Source of the DNA: Podarcis erhardii
Taxonomy: Eukaryota
Strand: one strand, 5' to 3'
Assembly: GCA_964252035.1 (NCBI GenBank)
Contig: OZ176201.1
Length of the DNA stretch: 64,000 nt
Of the stretch, positions 11,901-23,844 are shown in pieces. The position numbers and the translations under genes were made by a program. The notes under the pieces are model-generated. The model was not told the DNA's origin and made no database searches. It saw only the letters and a list, made by a program, of their open reading frames with translations. Position 1 is the stretch's first letter, and every line of letters begins with the position of its first letter.

Positions 11901-13633
11901 TGTTGTAATGGGGCAGGGTGAAAATGAGGTCAGGGAGGTGCTGGATTAGCCCTAACTCTGACCTCACCACTGCCCCACCCCACCCCACAAAATACTTCTG
12001 AGTTATATCAGTATTTTTACCCTCATTCCTTTGTCTGCAAAAGGAATACCATACTTCTGAATGATAACTGTTTAGTCTCACTTTCTGTATTGATTGCAAG
12101 TATTGACTGCAAGTGATCGATATTGATTGCAAGTATGTTAAGGTAATATAACAAAAACTGGGCAATGAATTCAAGGTGTAGTGTGACCATCACTTTACAC
12201 GTGGACATACTATTTCTGCAAGTATTCACATTTCTGTAACTAGAACATGGAGTTATATATTTGGGGTGGCAGCATTTATACATCTCTCCTGATGAAAAGT
12301 AAAATTCAGATACTTTAATCCAAGTGGCTTATTTAGTCTCCTCGAGTCCTTAAGTCTATCCTGAACAGAGGCAGCAAAATCCTTTCACCGGGGTACACTT
12401 TCCTCCGTAACAACCTGCTTCTTAAATCCACCAAATGTCTCAGCTTATCTGAGCTAGCAGAAGACTAGCTTTCATTTTCTTACCATCTGGAGTGTTCTGT
12501 TTTGAGATGATGTATTTCGCTATGGCAAAACAGGTTCCGTGCATGACTCTCAAGTTGTGCTGCAGAGAACCCTGGGATTCTTTGGAAATGTATCAAGATT
12601 CTCAGTGAGGAGATCAGTAGCAGCAGATAAACTCACATGGAAAACGGCTTGTACTCAAGGCAGTGACGGAGCCCATAAGCAGTACTAGGTGATGGGGTGG
12701 GGCTGCAGCACATCACTACGACATACCAGGGTGGAGAGGGTTGAGGCAGCAGTGAGGTCACTATGATGAAAACACACCAGCAGAACCAAGCCAGCGCTCC
12801 CACAGGTGCATTTGCTGACCTTGCTGACACCTTACCTCCCTCCCTCTCTGTATGCAACAGCAATGTGGGCAACTGGATTTCAGATATCTACTGCCAAAAC
12901 CTATGGATGGACATTCTAAAATGTGGCCATGAATCTTCCACCACATACTAGTATTTCAATAAAAGACATGTGCAGGGGTTCCACAGCAGACTCATCATTG
13001 TGGAAAAGTTTCCCAAAAAGGTATGTTTGAAAACCACTGATTTATCTCAAATAGTGTGGGAATATCTTCAAATGTAAGTGGGGAGCCTTTGAACATATAT
13101 CAATGGACTGGACTTCTCTAGGCTTCCAAGCCCACTGCATTAAAACAGGTTTGGTGTCTCTTCAGAGCTAATAACCTTTGATCCCTCAAGCTGATACCTC
13201 CTCACATTGTCCCATCTGATTTAAAAAAATATGTGTAAAATTATTTGAAAGACATAGAAGAATTGTCTGACATAAAGTTTATATCTAAGAAATTGCTTGG
13301 TTTAAAAGCACTCTTGGCTGTGAAGAGATAAGGACTCAATATGCTAAAACGTTGCTTTGTACTATCTCACCATAGCACGTGATTTTAACAGTGGGCACAC
13401 CAGAAGCTTGATACAATTTCACTGTTATATCTTTCTCCAACAGAGCATTAATGCCATTTAGCTCTCAGACTCATAAATGCTTTGTTCCTAAAAACCTGTA
13501 TGTTAAGTTGAGAAGAGAGAAATGAAGAAACCATAGGAATGGAATTGTGAAGGTATGAATAATGTTAAAGGATAAAGCTTCATTCAATATAGTATTTAAA
13601 ATAAGTTCCCATTTTGTGCAGCGTGGTTTGTCA

Positions 13634-13873
<240 letters not shown>

Positions 13874-14369
13874 TTATTTGGAGTTATAAATTGATAAACT
13901 CAACACACGCACAACAATTAGCTTGAGCTATAACACAATTAGTCTTCCCAGTGCCCATCTGTTACTTTCTATCTCCGTCAGTGCCTAAGTGAAAGTCAAT
14001 GAAGCCATCTTTCAAATGATTTTCATTATGTGAATACTAATAGGCCAATTAAACTATTATCAGTTTTGTCCCCCAAAAAACTTCCATGAACCTATTTGAT
14101 GAAGGATAAGTTAGCATGCTTTGAGATAAGCCTTGGGTAAGCTTGCCCCCCCCCCATGGACTTTATGATGCGTGATTTGTCAACAATATTTCACCATCTT
14201 TAGGGTTCTTGAGTATTTGCCTGTTTACACTTAGCTCTGCTAGTCTGAATACTGCCTACTAGAGCCTTAGTTCCCACCAATTTGTGATCATCTCTGTTAC
14301 TTTGGCTCTCATCAATCTCAGTCATAACCATTGCCAATTTATGAGAAAATCCAGTTAACCAGCCATTAA

Positions 14370-14450
14370 AAACATAAGAGCTTGCTGGATCAGGCTAAGC
14401 CTATCTAATCCAGCATCCTGTTCTCACAAAACTGGCAAGTAGGACCTGAG
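14370..14450 (-). mobile_element. CR1-type 3' end fragment
   Basis: aacataagagcttgctggatcagg...atctaatccagcatcctgttctcaca resembles the reverse complement of a reptile CR1 terminus. Confidence 0.6.
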
Positions 14451-15585
14451 CGTCAGATCCACTGGAATCTCAAGTATGAAGCCCTCCCCAAAATTCAGGG
14501 ATTAGGTGCATCAGCTGTTCCACGGGACATAATGGAGCAGTGTAGAGCACTTCAAATCCAATTCCCAATCAGCAAAATTCCTAGTCAGACCACCTCTGCC
14601 TTCTGAAATTTCACCAGGGCTGCCTATGTATGTTCTGATTGAACTATTCAGACACGAGACCTTGATTTGTGTCTCTTTTAAGAAAAGAATAGGCAGGATT
14701 CACCTAACCAGCCCCCCCAGTGGAAACCCCACATAATGACTTCCACTTGCATAACTGGGCTTTTCCTTATCTCCTTCTCTCATGCCTCTTGATTTTGGTT
14801 TGGGGGAGGCATTGGAAGAACCCCCAGAACAGGGCATGGGAGGAAGAGGAGGGGGAAGATCATAGCATCCGGCAAGGTGAAATGCTTGCAAAGACAAAAT
14901 GATTGGAAGAGTGCAAGGTTGAATAGCACCTATTAATACTAAATTTCACTCTTGTATGTGCAATCATGGCCATACTCAAAACCACACAGCACTGCCAAAT
15001 CCCATTGATAATGATATGTAACCATTTGACAACATCTTTCTGTTGGAAGCGTTACACTGTTCATTGACATGTCTGTTTGGTTTAACAGGGCTGACCCTGC
15101 ATTATTTAATAATTATTTTCAGTAAGGTCACCAAACAGAAAGAACCTGCTGCATCAGCCTCTCCTTGCTATTGTAAATTATTCACCAAAAAAGTGCTCAA
15201 ACTTTCAGGCAAGGTTATAGAAGCATTTCTTACATTTTAAAGAGAAATCTATCCCTCATTACCTTTCCTATCCTTACTTGCCTTTCTGCTAGGATTGCAT
15301 TTTTAAAAGAATTTGTTGCTCATTTTAAACAGGTCCCTGTCAAGTCAGTAAGTGTCTCAAACAGGGAACTGAAATTTTTAAGGGGCTGGATCACCCTGAG
15401 CATACCTTCTTGCAAGAATTTGAGGAGTGCTATCTTCAACACAGAGATTTACTATCACAGTTTCAAAATAAAAAGGTATACTTACTACCACGTATTTGAT
15501 AACATTTATGCAATATTACAAATATTACAAAAGCGAAAATATGATGATAGTGCGGAGAGTGTGTTTATGAATTCAACAGTGATTA

Positions 15586-16120
15586 CCGTATTTTTCGTCC
15601 CATAGGATGCTCCGTCCCATAGGACGCACCTAGTTTTTTTTTTTGGGGGGGGGAATAAGGGAAATTTCCCCCCCTTTATTTCCCCCCCAAAACCAGGTCG
15701 GGGAACAGTGGTATGGCGGCGCTGCGCCTCCCAGCTGTCCCCCGAGCTTGTGGGGCTGGCCGATCTCTGCCCGGTGCGCGGGGCACCCTTAAGCAGAGCT
15801 GCTATCTAAGCAGAGCTCCCGCAGGGCTCCCGACGCTGCGGATGTCTGCCTGGCACGAGGGGCGCTCTGCTTAAGGGCACCCCTTGCGCTGGGCAGCAGG
15901 CTGCTATCTGCAGCGTGGGGAGCCCTGCGGGAACTCCCGCGGGCTCCCCAGGCTTGCTGATAGCATCCTGAAGCCTGGAGAGTGAGAGGGGTCGGTGCGC
16001 ACCGACCCCTCTCGCTCTCCCAGCTTCAGCAAAAGCCTGTATTTGCCCCATAGGACACACACAGATTTCCCCTTCATTTTTGGAGGGGGAAAAGTGCATC
16101 CTATAGGGCGAAAAATACAG
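15586..16120. mobile_element. Tc1/mariner-type MITE, 535 bp, CpG-rich interior
   Basis: TIR CCGTATTTTTCGTCCCATAGGATGC matches the reverse complement of the right end GTGCATCCTATAGGGCGAAAAATACAG; TA on both sides (15584-15585, 16121-16122). Confidence 0.85.
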
Positions 16121-16277
16121 TAGTTTATTTCTTGGTTGATATTTTGTTAATGTTGTTAATATTGGTTTTTAGATAATTTATTGTATTATAAGCAGGCCTG
16201 CTGGGAGACTGAACATGAAGACTAAGCCACTTCAATTCTTCTGCTGGCACTGCAGCAGAGAAACCCAGCAAAAGACT

Positions 16278-16712
16278 ATTCTATCATCTATCTAGAGCTA
16301 TCTATCTATATCTATCTATCTATCTATCTATCATCTGTTATTAAATTTCTATACTGACCTTTATCGAAGGATCACAAGGCAATTTACAATGTAAAAACAC
16401 AAAAATAAATAACAAACAAAAACAGCGAACCCAAACACACAATTAAAAAGGTCATAGATGGTTTAATTAGCCAAAGGCCTGGGAGGAATGCTTTTGCCTG
16501 GCACCAAACTATATGTAATGAAGGCGCCAGGCGAGCCTCCCTGGGGAGAGCATTCCACAGGTGAGGAACCACTGCAGAAAAGGCCTGTTCTTGTGTTGCC
16601 ATCCTCCAGACCTCTCATGGATGAGACACATGAAGAAGGGCCTCAGATGATGAATGCAGTCTCCTGGTCAATTTATATGGGAGAGGCAGTCTTTGAGGTA
16701 TTAAGTTCCTGA
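16278..16712 (-). mobile_element. L2 LINE 3' fragment with (TATC)n tail
   Basis: Minus-strand QEQAFSAVVPHLWNALPREARLAPSL matches the L2 ORF2 C-terminal AFSxxAPxLWNxLP motif. Confidence 0.85.
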
Positions 16713-16779
16713 GCCTAATACTGCCTCCCATCCATTAGCAAGGCAAGACAACAGTCCAACACATCCACTGCCACACCTG

Positions 16780-17150
16780 CAGAAGCAAAGGAGCAGAAGA
16801 GCTGTGTGTCATCAGCATATTGCTGACGTCGTTTTCTGAAACTCTGGAAGATCCCACCTCAGTCGTTTAGTGTAGATTTTAAACAACATGGGAGATGAAA
16901 TCAAACCCTGAGGATCCCCTCGGTGAAGCCTCCAGGGGCCGAAGAGCATTACCCACTGGAAACTACCATCCAAATAAGACTGGAATCACCACAAAGCAGT
17001 GTCACCCACCCCTAATTCAGACAGCCTCTCCAAAAGGTTGCTATCAAAAGCCACTGAAAGGTTGAGTAGAATTAACAAGGACACATTTCCCTGTCTCTCT
17101 ATCAACATAGGTCATCATGCACGGTGACCAAAGCTGGCTTAAGTTATCCC
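16780..17150 (-). mobile_element. L2 LINE reverse-transcriptase fragment (decayed)
   Basis: Reverse complement gives ALVTVHDDL, LLILLNLSVAFD, LERLSELGVGDTALW*FQSYL and QQYADDT, with frameshifts and stops. Confidence 0.8.
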
Positions 17151-18014
17151 AAGGTTCAGAGAGCTTGTCAGCACCCATCCTGCCAAACGGCCTTGTGAAC
17201 AGCATCACTTGGTGGCTAATTTGGAGCATTATCTCTAAATATAACAATATTCAGAACAGCGTCAGTCATTATGTGGACTGCCTCTGGCAGCCCTGCAGGC
17301 AGGCAGAGAAGTGGCGGCAGTGGCAGCAGGTATGATGGCAGTGGCAGGGCAAGGCTGCTCTTCCTGTTTCACCTCGTGGCAAAAAGAGACACGGCTCCCC
17401 TGATCCTTTTTCATTTATTTAATGGATTTATAATCCACATGTTCAGAAAGATATACCAATATATAAGAACAAAACCAAGATATCATAAAAACACCACACT
17501 GCCAACTCTGAGATGCCTGAACCTGTAAGTCAAGCTATCCCTTTAGCTTGGAGGGCTTCTTTGTCCTGGTTAGTGGACTATGCTGATGGACTGTTTTCCA
17601 GCAGGTTAAATAACTGGAAAGAGAAATCTATAACAACACACAGGGCATTAAAGAAAGGAATGGGCTCCTTTGACAGGCCCCCTGGCTTTGACATGTCCCT
17701 ACCATCTTGCCTACCATGCAAGATGGGGTGGAGTGGGGTGTCAACAGCAATAAAAAAATGTATGTGCTCATAAGCAGTCATTATTTGTAACCCATCCTGG
17801 GACCTTATGGTAAGGGGTGGGTAAGGAATCTAATGGGTGAGAAATCTGAAAAGGAATTAAATAAAGCCCTGGCTTCTTGAAATTCTTTGTTTCCTTTTTA
17901 AATGAGTGAGTTGCCGCATGATACACAGGGCTTTAAATCTGATTGTGTGTGTGTTTAACTCTTGAGACACATAATCCAGATGTCAGCTTCATTCCACATT
18001 TTCTCATATATATA

Positions 18015-18256
18015 CAGTGGTACCTTGGGTTACAGATGCATCAGGTTACAGACGCTTCAGGTTACAGACTGTGCTAACCCAGAAATAGTACCTTGGGTAA
18101 AGAACTTTACTTCAGGATTAGAACAGAAATTGCGCAGAAGCGGTGCGGCGGCAGCGAGAGGCCCCATTAGCTAAAGTGGTGTCTCAGGTTAAGAACAGTT
18201 TCAGGTTAAGAACGGACCTCCGGAACGAATTAAGTTCTTAACCCGAGGTACCACTC
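18015..18256. mobile_element. Tc1/mariner (Tigger-like) MITE
   Basis: TA|CAGTGGTACCTTGGGTTA ... TAACCCGAGGTACCACT; internal caggttacaga / caggttaagaac repeats; abuts (TC)n(TG)n at 18255-18293. Confidence 0.85.
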
Positions 18257-20171
18257 TCTCTCTCCCTGTGTGTGTGTGTGTGTGTGTGTGTGTGCATATA
18301 AACTTTGTGTGGCATGAGGAATTTTGTACAGATTGTTTTCCCCCTTTCTTTTCTTTTTTGCAGTGTCACCAGTTTGGTCCAATATTTCCTGCAAGCCCTG
18401 CAATAAACTTCGTGAGCTATGCTGAAGTCCTCTTTCCATCATATCTACTCCCTGAAGGATCATCACTGCAATTTACAGCACAAAGTTACCATCTCATATG
18501 TATGAAACAAACAACATCTGCTCAAGTCAGCTAAAAGAAAAGAAAAAGCTCAATATACCACTTCTTGAGTCAAAAAGTTCAATTCTAGAGCAATCAAGTC
18601 ACAGATGAATAGGAAACTGAAAGGTGTCTTCAAGAGAGAGATGCTTGTCAGTAAACAAAGCAGCCAAGAATCTGCAATCATACGGGAATCATAAATTTAG
18701 GAAGTCTAGAATCAAAACTCAAGCTAGTGAACTACTATAAATTGTGAGTGTTCAGCTGTCAAGGGCCTTTTCTGGTAGGGATGAGAAGTGGAGTGTGCAA
18801 CACAAACATATGTCATTGACAAGATATTGGGAACTCAAAAACATCCACAATTTCCTGAGAGAATACAGCAGTCTCTCAGCATCATTGGTATTTATGAACA
18901 TATTTTTCGTTCCCTCTAATGCAGAATTCAGGTAGGCAGATGCTGATCAACTTGGGAGGTAAAACAGGGACACCGAGGAACAATACAAAGGTATACAGAA
19001 ATACTTATCTGTAAAATTAGGTCCCAATCCCTCCCCCCAAAATGCTACTTGGTGATTACTCCACATGCTTTGCATAAGGCCCCCAGCACACGGTGGACTG
19101 AACTCAAAACGCTGGCTTGTGTTTGTTGTCCTCTGCAGGTAGTTGAAATCGTGTAAGTCAAATGTGTGTAAATGAGGGATTACTGTATACAGTATATAAT
19201 ATAGTACATTGGGTTACCTCGTGGGAAGCTGTTCATATACGAACTAAATAAAACAACAACCAAAAGCCTGAGTATTGGCCAGCCAAAGAGGGGTGGCTAA
19301 CTCTTTCTGAAATACAAAAATATCAAAGAGACAGCTTTTAGTGGGATGGATACTTAGGCATAACTAAAGAGAGTAAATGCATTAACAAAAGAGACAACAA
19401 AAGTTCCTAATGCATGCTCTGCTGCTATAAAAATGTCAGTATTAGAATTCAGGGTTGGAGCCCTGCTATACTTTCTTTCTTTCCTGTTTTTGATCCTGCG
19501 ATGCTCCGGTGTTTAAAGCACCGCACCCTGCTGCCATGGGAATGGCAGGGATGTCAACAAATTCAGCATTACCATGGCTTTGCTGCAGGATTAAAAGTAG
19601 AAAGAGAAGAGAGGCTGACAAGGAGATGGAATTTGTTTAAGCACACAAAAAAAGCATCTTGGCTAATTCACACTTTAAAAAATGACTGGGAAGCCATGAA
19701 CCATAAATCCATTACATAAGCACCTTCGGATTGATATGTAATAGAGACCCAGCATGAGCATTCAATCTTAAAGCTGCAGGGTTTCACCTCAACAGTCCTC
19801 AGTGATTCTCACCACAAACTCTTCTTCTAAACAAGGATCATGTGAGACACGTTTATAACCTGAGTGTGTATTCTTCTTTTCTTTGCAGAGGGGCAGCTCT
19901 CTCAAACTCTCTTAGTGTAATTTTTTTTTTGGGGGGGGGTAATGGTTGCCTTATTTTTACCCTGTTTTGCAAAGTTTTTGGTGACAAAATGAAGCACAGT
20001 TAGCTTGACATTTGGTAGTTCCGCTTTCCTGTTCCTTTCTGTCATGGTAAATTGGACCCCGATAGCTTAGTAAATTAAACATATTCCTAGGAATTTGAAT
20101 AGGACTGACCCATGATTGTTGAGTACTACACAGAGCACAAAGGGTTCAGGTTTGCTAAATTTGCTTTTCAA

Positions 20172-20220
20172 AATAAAAATTTAAAAAAAATTGTCCAGTA
20201 GCACCCTATAGACCAACTAC
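20172..20220 (-). mobile_element. Older truncated Penelope-like 3' terminus without ribozyme core
   Basis: Reverse complement gtagttggtctatagggtgctactggacaattttttt resembles the terminus at 50848-50880 and shares gtagttggtctat with the copy at 44038-44050. Confidence 0.7.
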
Positions 20221-20230
20221 CGTAATATTT

Positions 20231-20526
20231 AAAACAAAACAAATTCCTTCCAGTAGCACCTTAAAGACCAACTAAGTCAGTTCTTGGTATGAGCTTTCGT
20301 GTGCATGCACACTTCTTCATTCTTCATTCTTCATTCTTCATTCTTCATTCTTCATTCTTCATTCTTCATTCTTCATTTCGTGTGCATGCACACTTCTTGG
20401 TATCTGAAGAAGTGTGCATGCACACGAAAGCTCATACCAAGAACTGACTTAGTTGGTCTTTAAGGTGCTACTGGAAGGAATTTGTTTTGTTTTGACTATG
20501 GCAGACCAACATGGCTACCTATCTGT
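20231..20526. mobile_element. Rearranged Penelope-like terminal insertion: 89-bp perfect inverted repeat around a (TTCTTCA)9 microsatellite
   Basis: Arms 20231-20319 and 20405-20493 are exact reverse complements and nearly identical to 50801-50878; 13-bp TSD TACCGTAATATTT (20218-20230, 20527-20539). Confidence 0.9.
20394..20443 (+). ncRNA. Minimal type I hammerhead ribozyme motif (Penelope-associated) with 10-bp stem I
   Basis: UUCUUGGUAU-CUGAAGA-A-GUGUG(CAUG)CACAC-GAAA-GC-UC^AUACCAAGAA. Core CUGANGA/GAAA/UH present; palindromic AGCU stem III; predicted cleavage after C20433. Confidence 0.75.
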
Positions 20527-20899
20527 TACCGTAATATTTGTTTTTCAAATATATGAAATACTGTAGCTGCTATATTTCGAAGCAGCCCCATTGGAATAGA
20601 GAGTTAAACTGGCCAATTTTATGTACTCCTGATCTGGATTGGAAGTTTGCCCCCAATAGTCCTGTTTGCATGGAACAGAGCCTTTGGGGGGCAAATGGAA
20701 GCTGAGTAGGAGGAAAATGATTTTCAGGAGGAAACTGGCACAGTTCCCGATCTGGATTAGAAACACATTCTTGATCGGGGGCCCTGCAGCTATTTTTTCT
20801 TCAGAATGAGAGCAGCCAATTTAAGCACACTTTTTAAAGCAAGTGTGAATAATGTTAATGTGCAGATTGGCCTCTAGCCTCAGCGGAGCATATTTTGCC

Positions 20900-21030
20900 T
20901 ATCTCAAGGTGCTGCAGCGATTGCTGCCATGCTTCTGGGCTCAATTCAACTGTAGGTTTTTAACCTTTAAAGTCACAAATGTCCTGGTTCTTAAGGGTAT
21001 CTCAAGAAGGACTTTGTCCTTGAGCCTTAT
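20900..21030 (+). mobile_element. Decayed L2 ORF2 fragment
   Basis: LQRLLPCFWAQFNCRFLTFKV resembles the L2 LHWLPVxFRxQFKVLVLTFKAL region. Confidence 0.5.
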
Positions 21031-22453
21031 AGTCTTGCTGAGGAAGTTTGGTTTATGTAGCCTGGTTGATATGGATTAAATGGACAATTCCGCCCCAAAT
21101 ATAAGTTTTGCTTAAAAATGAACAGTACATTCAGATATTTACTGGAACTTAACATCAGGCAGGATTTTACTGGGTTTCACTCTGTGCCTTCTGCAATCTG
21201 AATGAAATGTATCACCTCATTCCCTTGGCCTGCTGATACCACGGCTGATACCTTGGCACCAATCTAGTTGAAAATGTTGTTTGCTTTGCCCTGTAGTGCC
21301 AGGGGTTTAAGCCGGCAGTATATTGTTCTTTGTCCTTGCACACCAGCTGGTCTATAAATGATATTCATGGGGCTTTTTTTTAATCAGATGAAGATTTCTA
21401 TACCATTCACAGAGTATTCCTCTTCGTAGCAGCAGCAAAACTAAACAAATGGCTAGTTTTCAATGAGATTGCCATTTATCATTATTCTGGTTTGTTGGTC
21501 TAATATTTTACATTGGGTTGAATGGGTGAGGAACCTCAAGCCCAAGGGTCAAATGTGCTCCTCCACACCTCCCTAATTGGCACTCAGGACTGTGATTATG
21601 CTTCCAGGATGGAGGATCTGTGTGTGGATGAGTGTGCAGAAACCAATGGCTTTCATGTGGCTGGTACGGAGTCTTCTTCAGTGCCATACAGAGTGGTGAT
21701 CCATAGGCTGGTGCTGATCTGCACTTGAACAGAGAAGCCAACCTTCTAAAATGCAATGGCAGGACTCACTTTTAAAAGTCCAGTATAATTTTCAATATCA
21801 TTTTGATATATATAATTGTTTTCAAGAACTCTTTCTTTTTCATATTGTGCTGCAAAGCTACAATGCATGGAAAAGTACATAGAAATCCTAGTAATCAAAT
21901 AGAATGCATCCATTGGCATTTTATTGCATTGCTCTTCATCATATTTTCCCCCCATTACCTTATTTGTACAGAACTCTATTCTCGAAATCTTTTTTGTTTC
22001 CTCCCCAGGGAGAGCTATCCCCCCTCTTTTCTTACTGAGTTTCTTCTGAAAGTCAGGGTTTACTGAACATGATTGAGTGCTGTAACATATTTCATAACAG
22101 ATGCAGTGAAAACATCCCTGTGTTGTAGGGATTAAACTGAGCCAAAAAAATGGATGAAAACAGATGTTTTCCATAGTCTCTCAACAGAAAAACTGATGCA
22201 GACTCTACAAATGTACCATCCAGTGAGATGTATGCTTCACACAGAATTGATAGCCCTTTGGACCATGCAGAGAAAGAATATGGGGTAAATCTTCCTCCCC
22301 CTCCATAAACAAAAGTGCAACAGAAAAGTGCCCTATGGCTTAGGGCAATATATTTTTCCGAGCCCCAGGTACCACCTTGGTGGTCAACTGCTGCCTCTAT
22401 TCTCATTGAGCACACTTGCAGATATTTTTCATGAACTATCCCTCAGTGATATA

Positions 22454-22812
22454 AAGGTAAAGGTACCCCTGCCTGTACGGGCCAGTCTTGACAGACTCTG
22501 GGGTTGGTGCGCCCATCTCACTTAAGAGGCCGGGGGCCAGCGCTGTCCGGAGACACTTCCAGGTCACGTGGCCAGCGTGACAAAGCTGCATCTGGTGAGC
22601 CAGCGCAGCACACGGAAACGCCGTTTACCTTCCCGACGGTAAGCGGTCCCTATTTATCTACTTGCACCCGGGGGTGCTTTCGAACTGCTAGGTTGGCAGG
22701 CGCTGGGACCGAGCAGCGGGAGTGCACCCCGCCGCGGGGATTCGAACCGCCGACCTTCCGATCGGCAAGCCCTAGGCGCTGAGGCTTTTACCCACAGCGC
22801 CACCCGCGTCCC
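22454..22812 (-). mobile_element. Full-length Sauria SINE, divergent young subfamily
   Basis: Minus strand starts GGGACGCGGGTGGCGCTGTGGG with intact B box GGTTCGAATCC and ends in (ACCTTT)n; perfect 15-bp TSD TCCCTCAGTGATATA (22439-22453, 22813-22827); CpGs retained. Confidence 0.93.
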
Positions 22813-23232
22813 TCCCTCAGTGATATAGGGACCAATAATTCTTAATTTAACTCTTGGAGAAGTGGCAGTGTGGTGGGCCCAAGTTGTGAAGCTGCTCTCC
22901 TAACACCAGTGATGCTATAGCTTCCCTGGGCAGGGCTGGAGCAGGCAGGGTGGCAACAACATTGAGACTGTGGCTGTGGCAGGCCGCTGGGTTGCCTGTG
23001 CATTCACAAAGCCCTGACCTGGCTATCGCCTTATCCACCTCAGCCTCACCCAGGCCAGCTGTTCAGAGGTTGGCTCCATGGCTCTGCCCCAACATCCCAT
23101 TCATTATGAGAGGGGGCCTGAGTAGGGATGGGGAAATATCTCCACATATATAGTGGATTGCATTTCTAAAAGGAACCACAACAGTGAAGAAATTCATGGT
23201 CCCAACCCAGTTGGAGGACTAACCCCTTAGAC

Positions 23233-23358
23233 CAGGCATGGCCAAACTCGGCCCTCCAGATGTTTTGGGACTACAACTCCCATCATCCCTAACTAACAGG
23301 ACCAGTGGTCAGGGATGATGGGAACTGAAATCCTAAAACAGCTGGAGGGCCAAGCCTG
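23233..23358. mobile_element. Palindromic hAT-type MITE (family of 10182-10317)
   Basis: ggccctccagatgttttgggactacaactcccatcatccct ... agggatgatgggaac ... ctggagggcc; flanks ccttagac / ccttaaac (7/8). Confidence 0.85.
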
Positions 23359-23487
23359 CCTTAAACTAACCTAACAATAAAAAGCCAATCAGAGTTTAAC
23401 AAAGCACACCAGAAATGCTATTTAGATTGGTGGTTATTAACAGGGGGGAAAGTAAATGTTGAAATGTTCTGAGTTCTTGATCTTTGA

Positions 23488-23844
23488 GGGAAAGTGGTGC
23501 TGTGGTCTAAACCACTGAGCCTCTTGGGCTTGCTGATCAGAAGGTTGGCGGTTCGAACCCCCGCGACGGGGTGAGCTCCCATTGCTCGGTCCCTGCTCCT
23601 GCCAACCTAGCAGTTTGAAAGCATGTCAAAGTGCAAGTAGATAAATAGGTATCGCTCCGGTGAGAAGGTAAAAGGCATTTCCATGCACTGCTCTGGTTCG
23701 CCAGAAGCGGCTTAGTCATGCTGGCCACATGACCCAGAAGCTGTACGCCAGCTCCCTTGGCCAATAAAGCGAGATGAGCACCGCAACCCCAGAGTCGGCC
23801 ACGACTGGACCTAATGGTCAGGGGTCCCTTTACCTTTGCTTTAC
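23488..23844 (+). mobile_element. Full-length Sauria SINE
   Basis: tRNA-like head (gtggtgctgtgg, ggttcgaaccc), conserved body, tttaccttt tail. Confidence 0.93.

Noticed and set aside
12661-12890. Possible hAT element starting CAGTGACGGAG
   Set aside because: No convincing right TIR or 8-bp TSD found.
22700-22812. tRNA genes suggested by A/B-box motifs (GGTTCGAATCC) here and in the other SINE heads
   Set aside because: They are the tRNA-derived heads of Sauria and Squam3-like SINEs; no complete cloverleaf.
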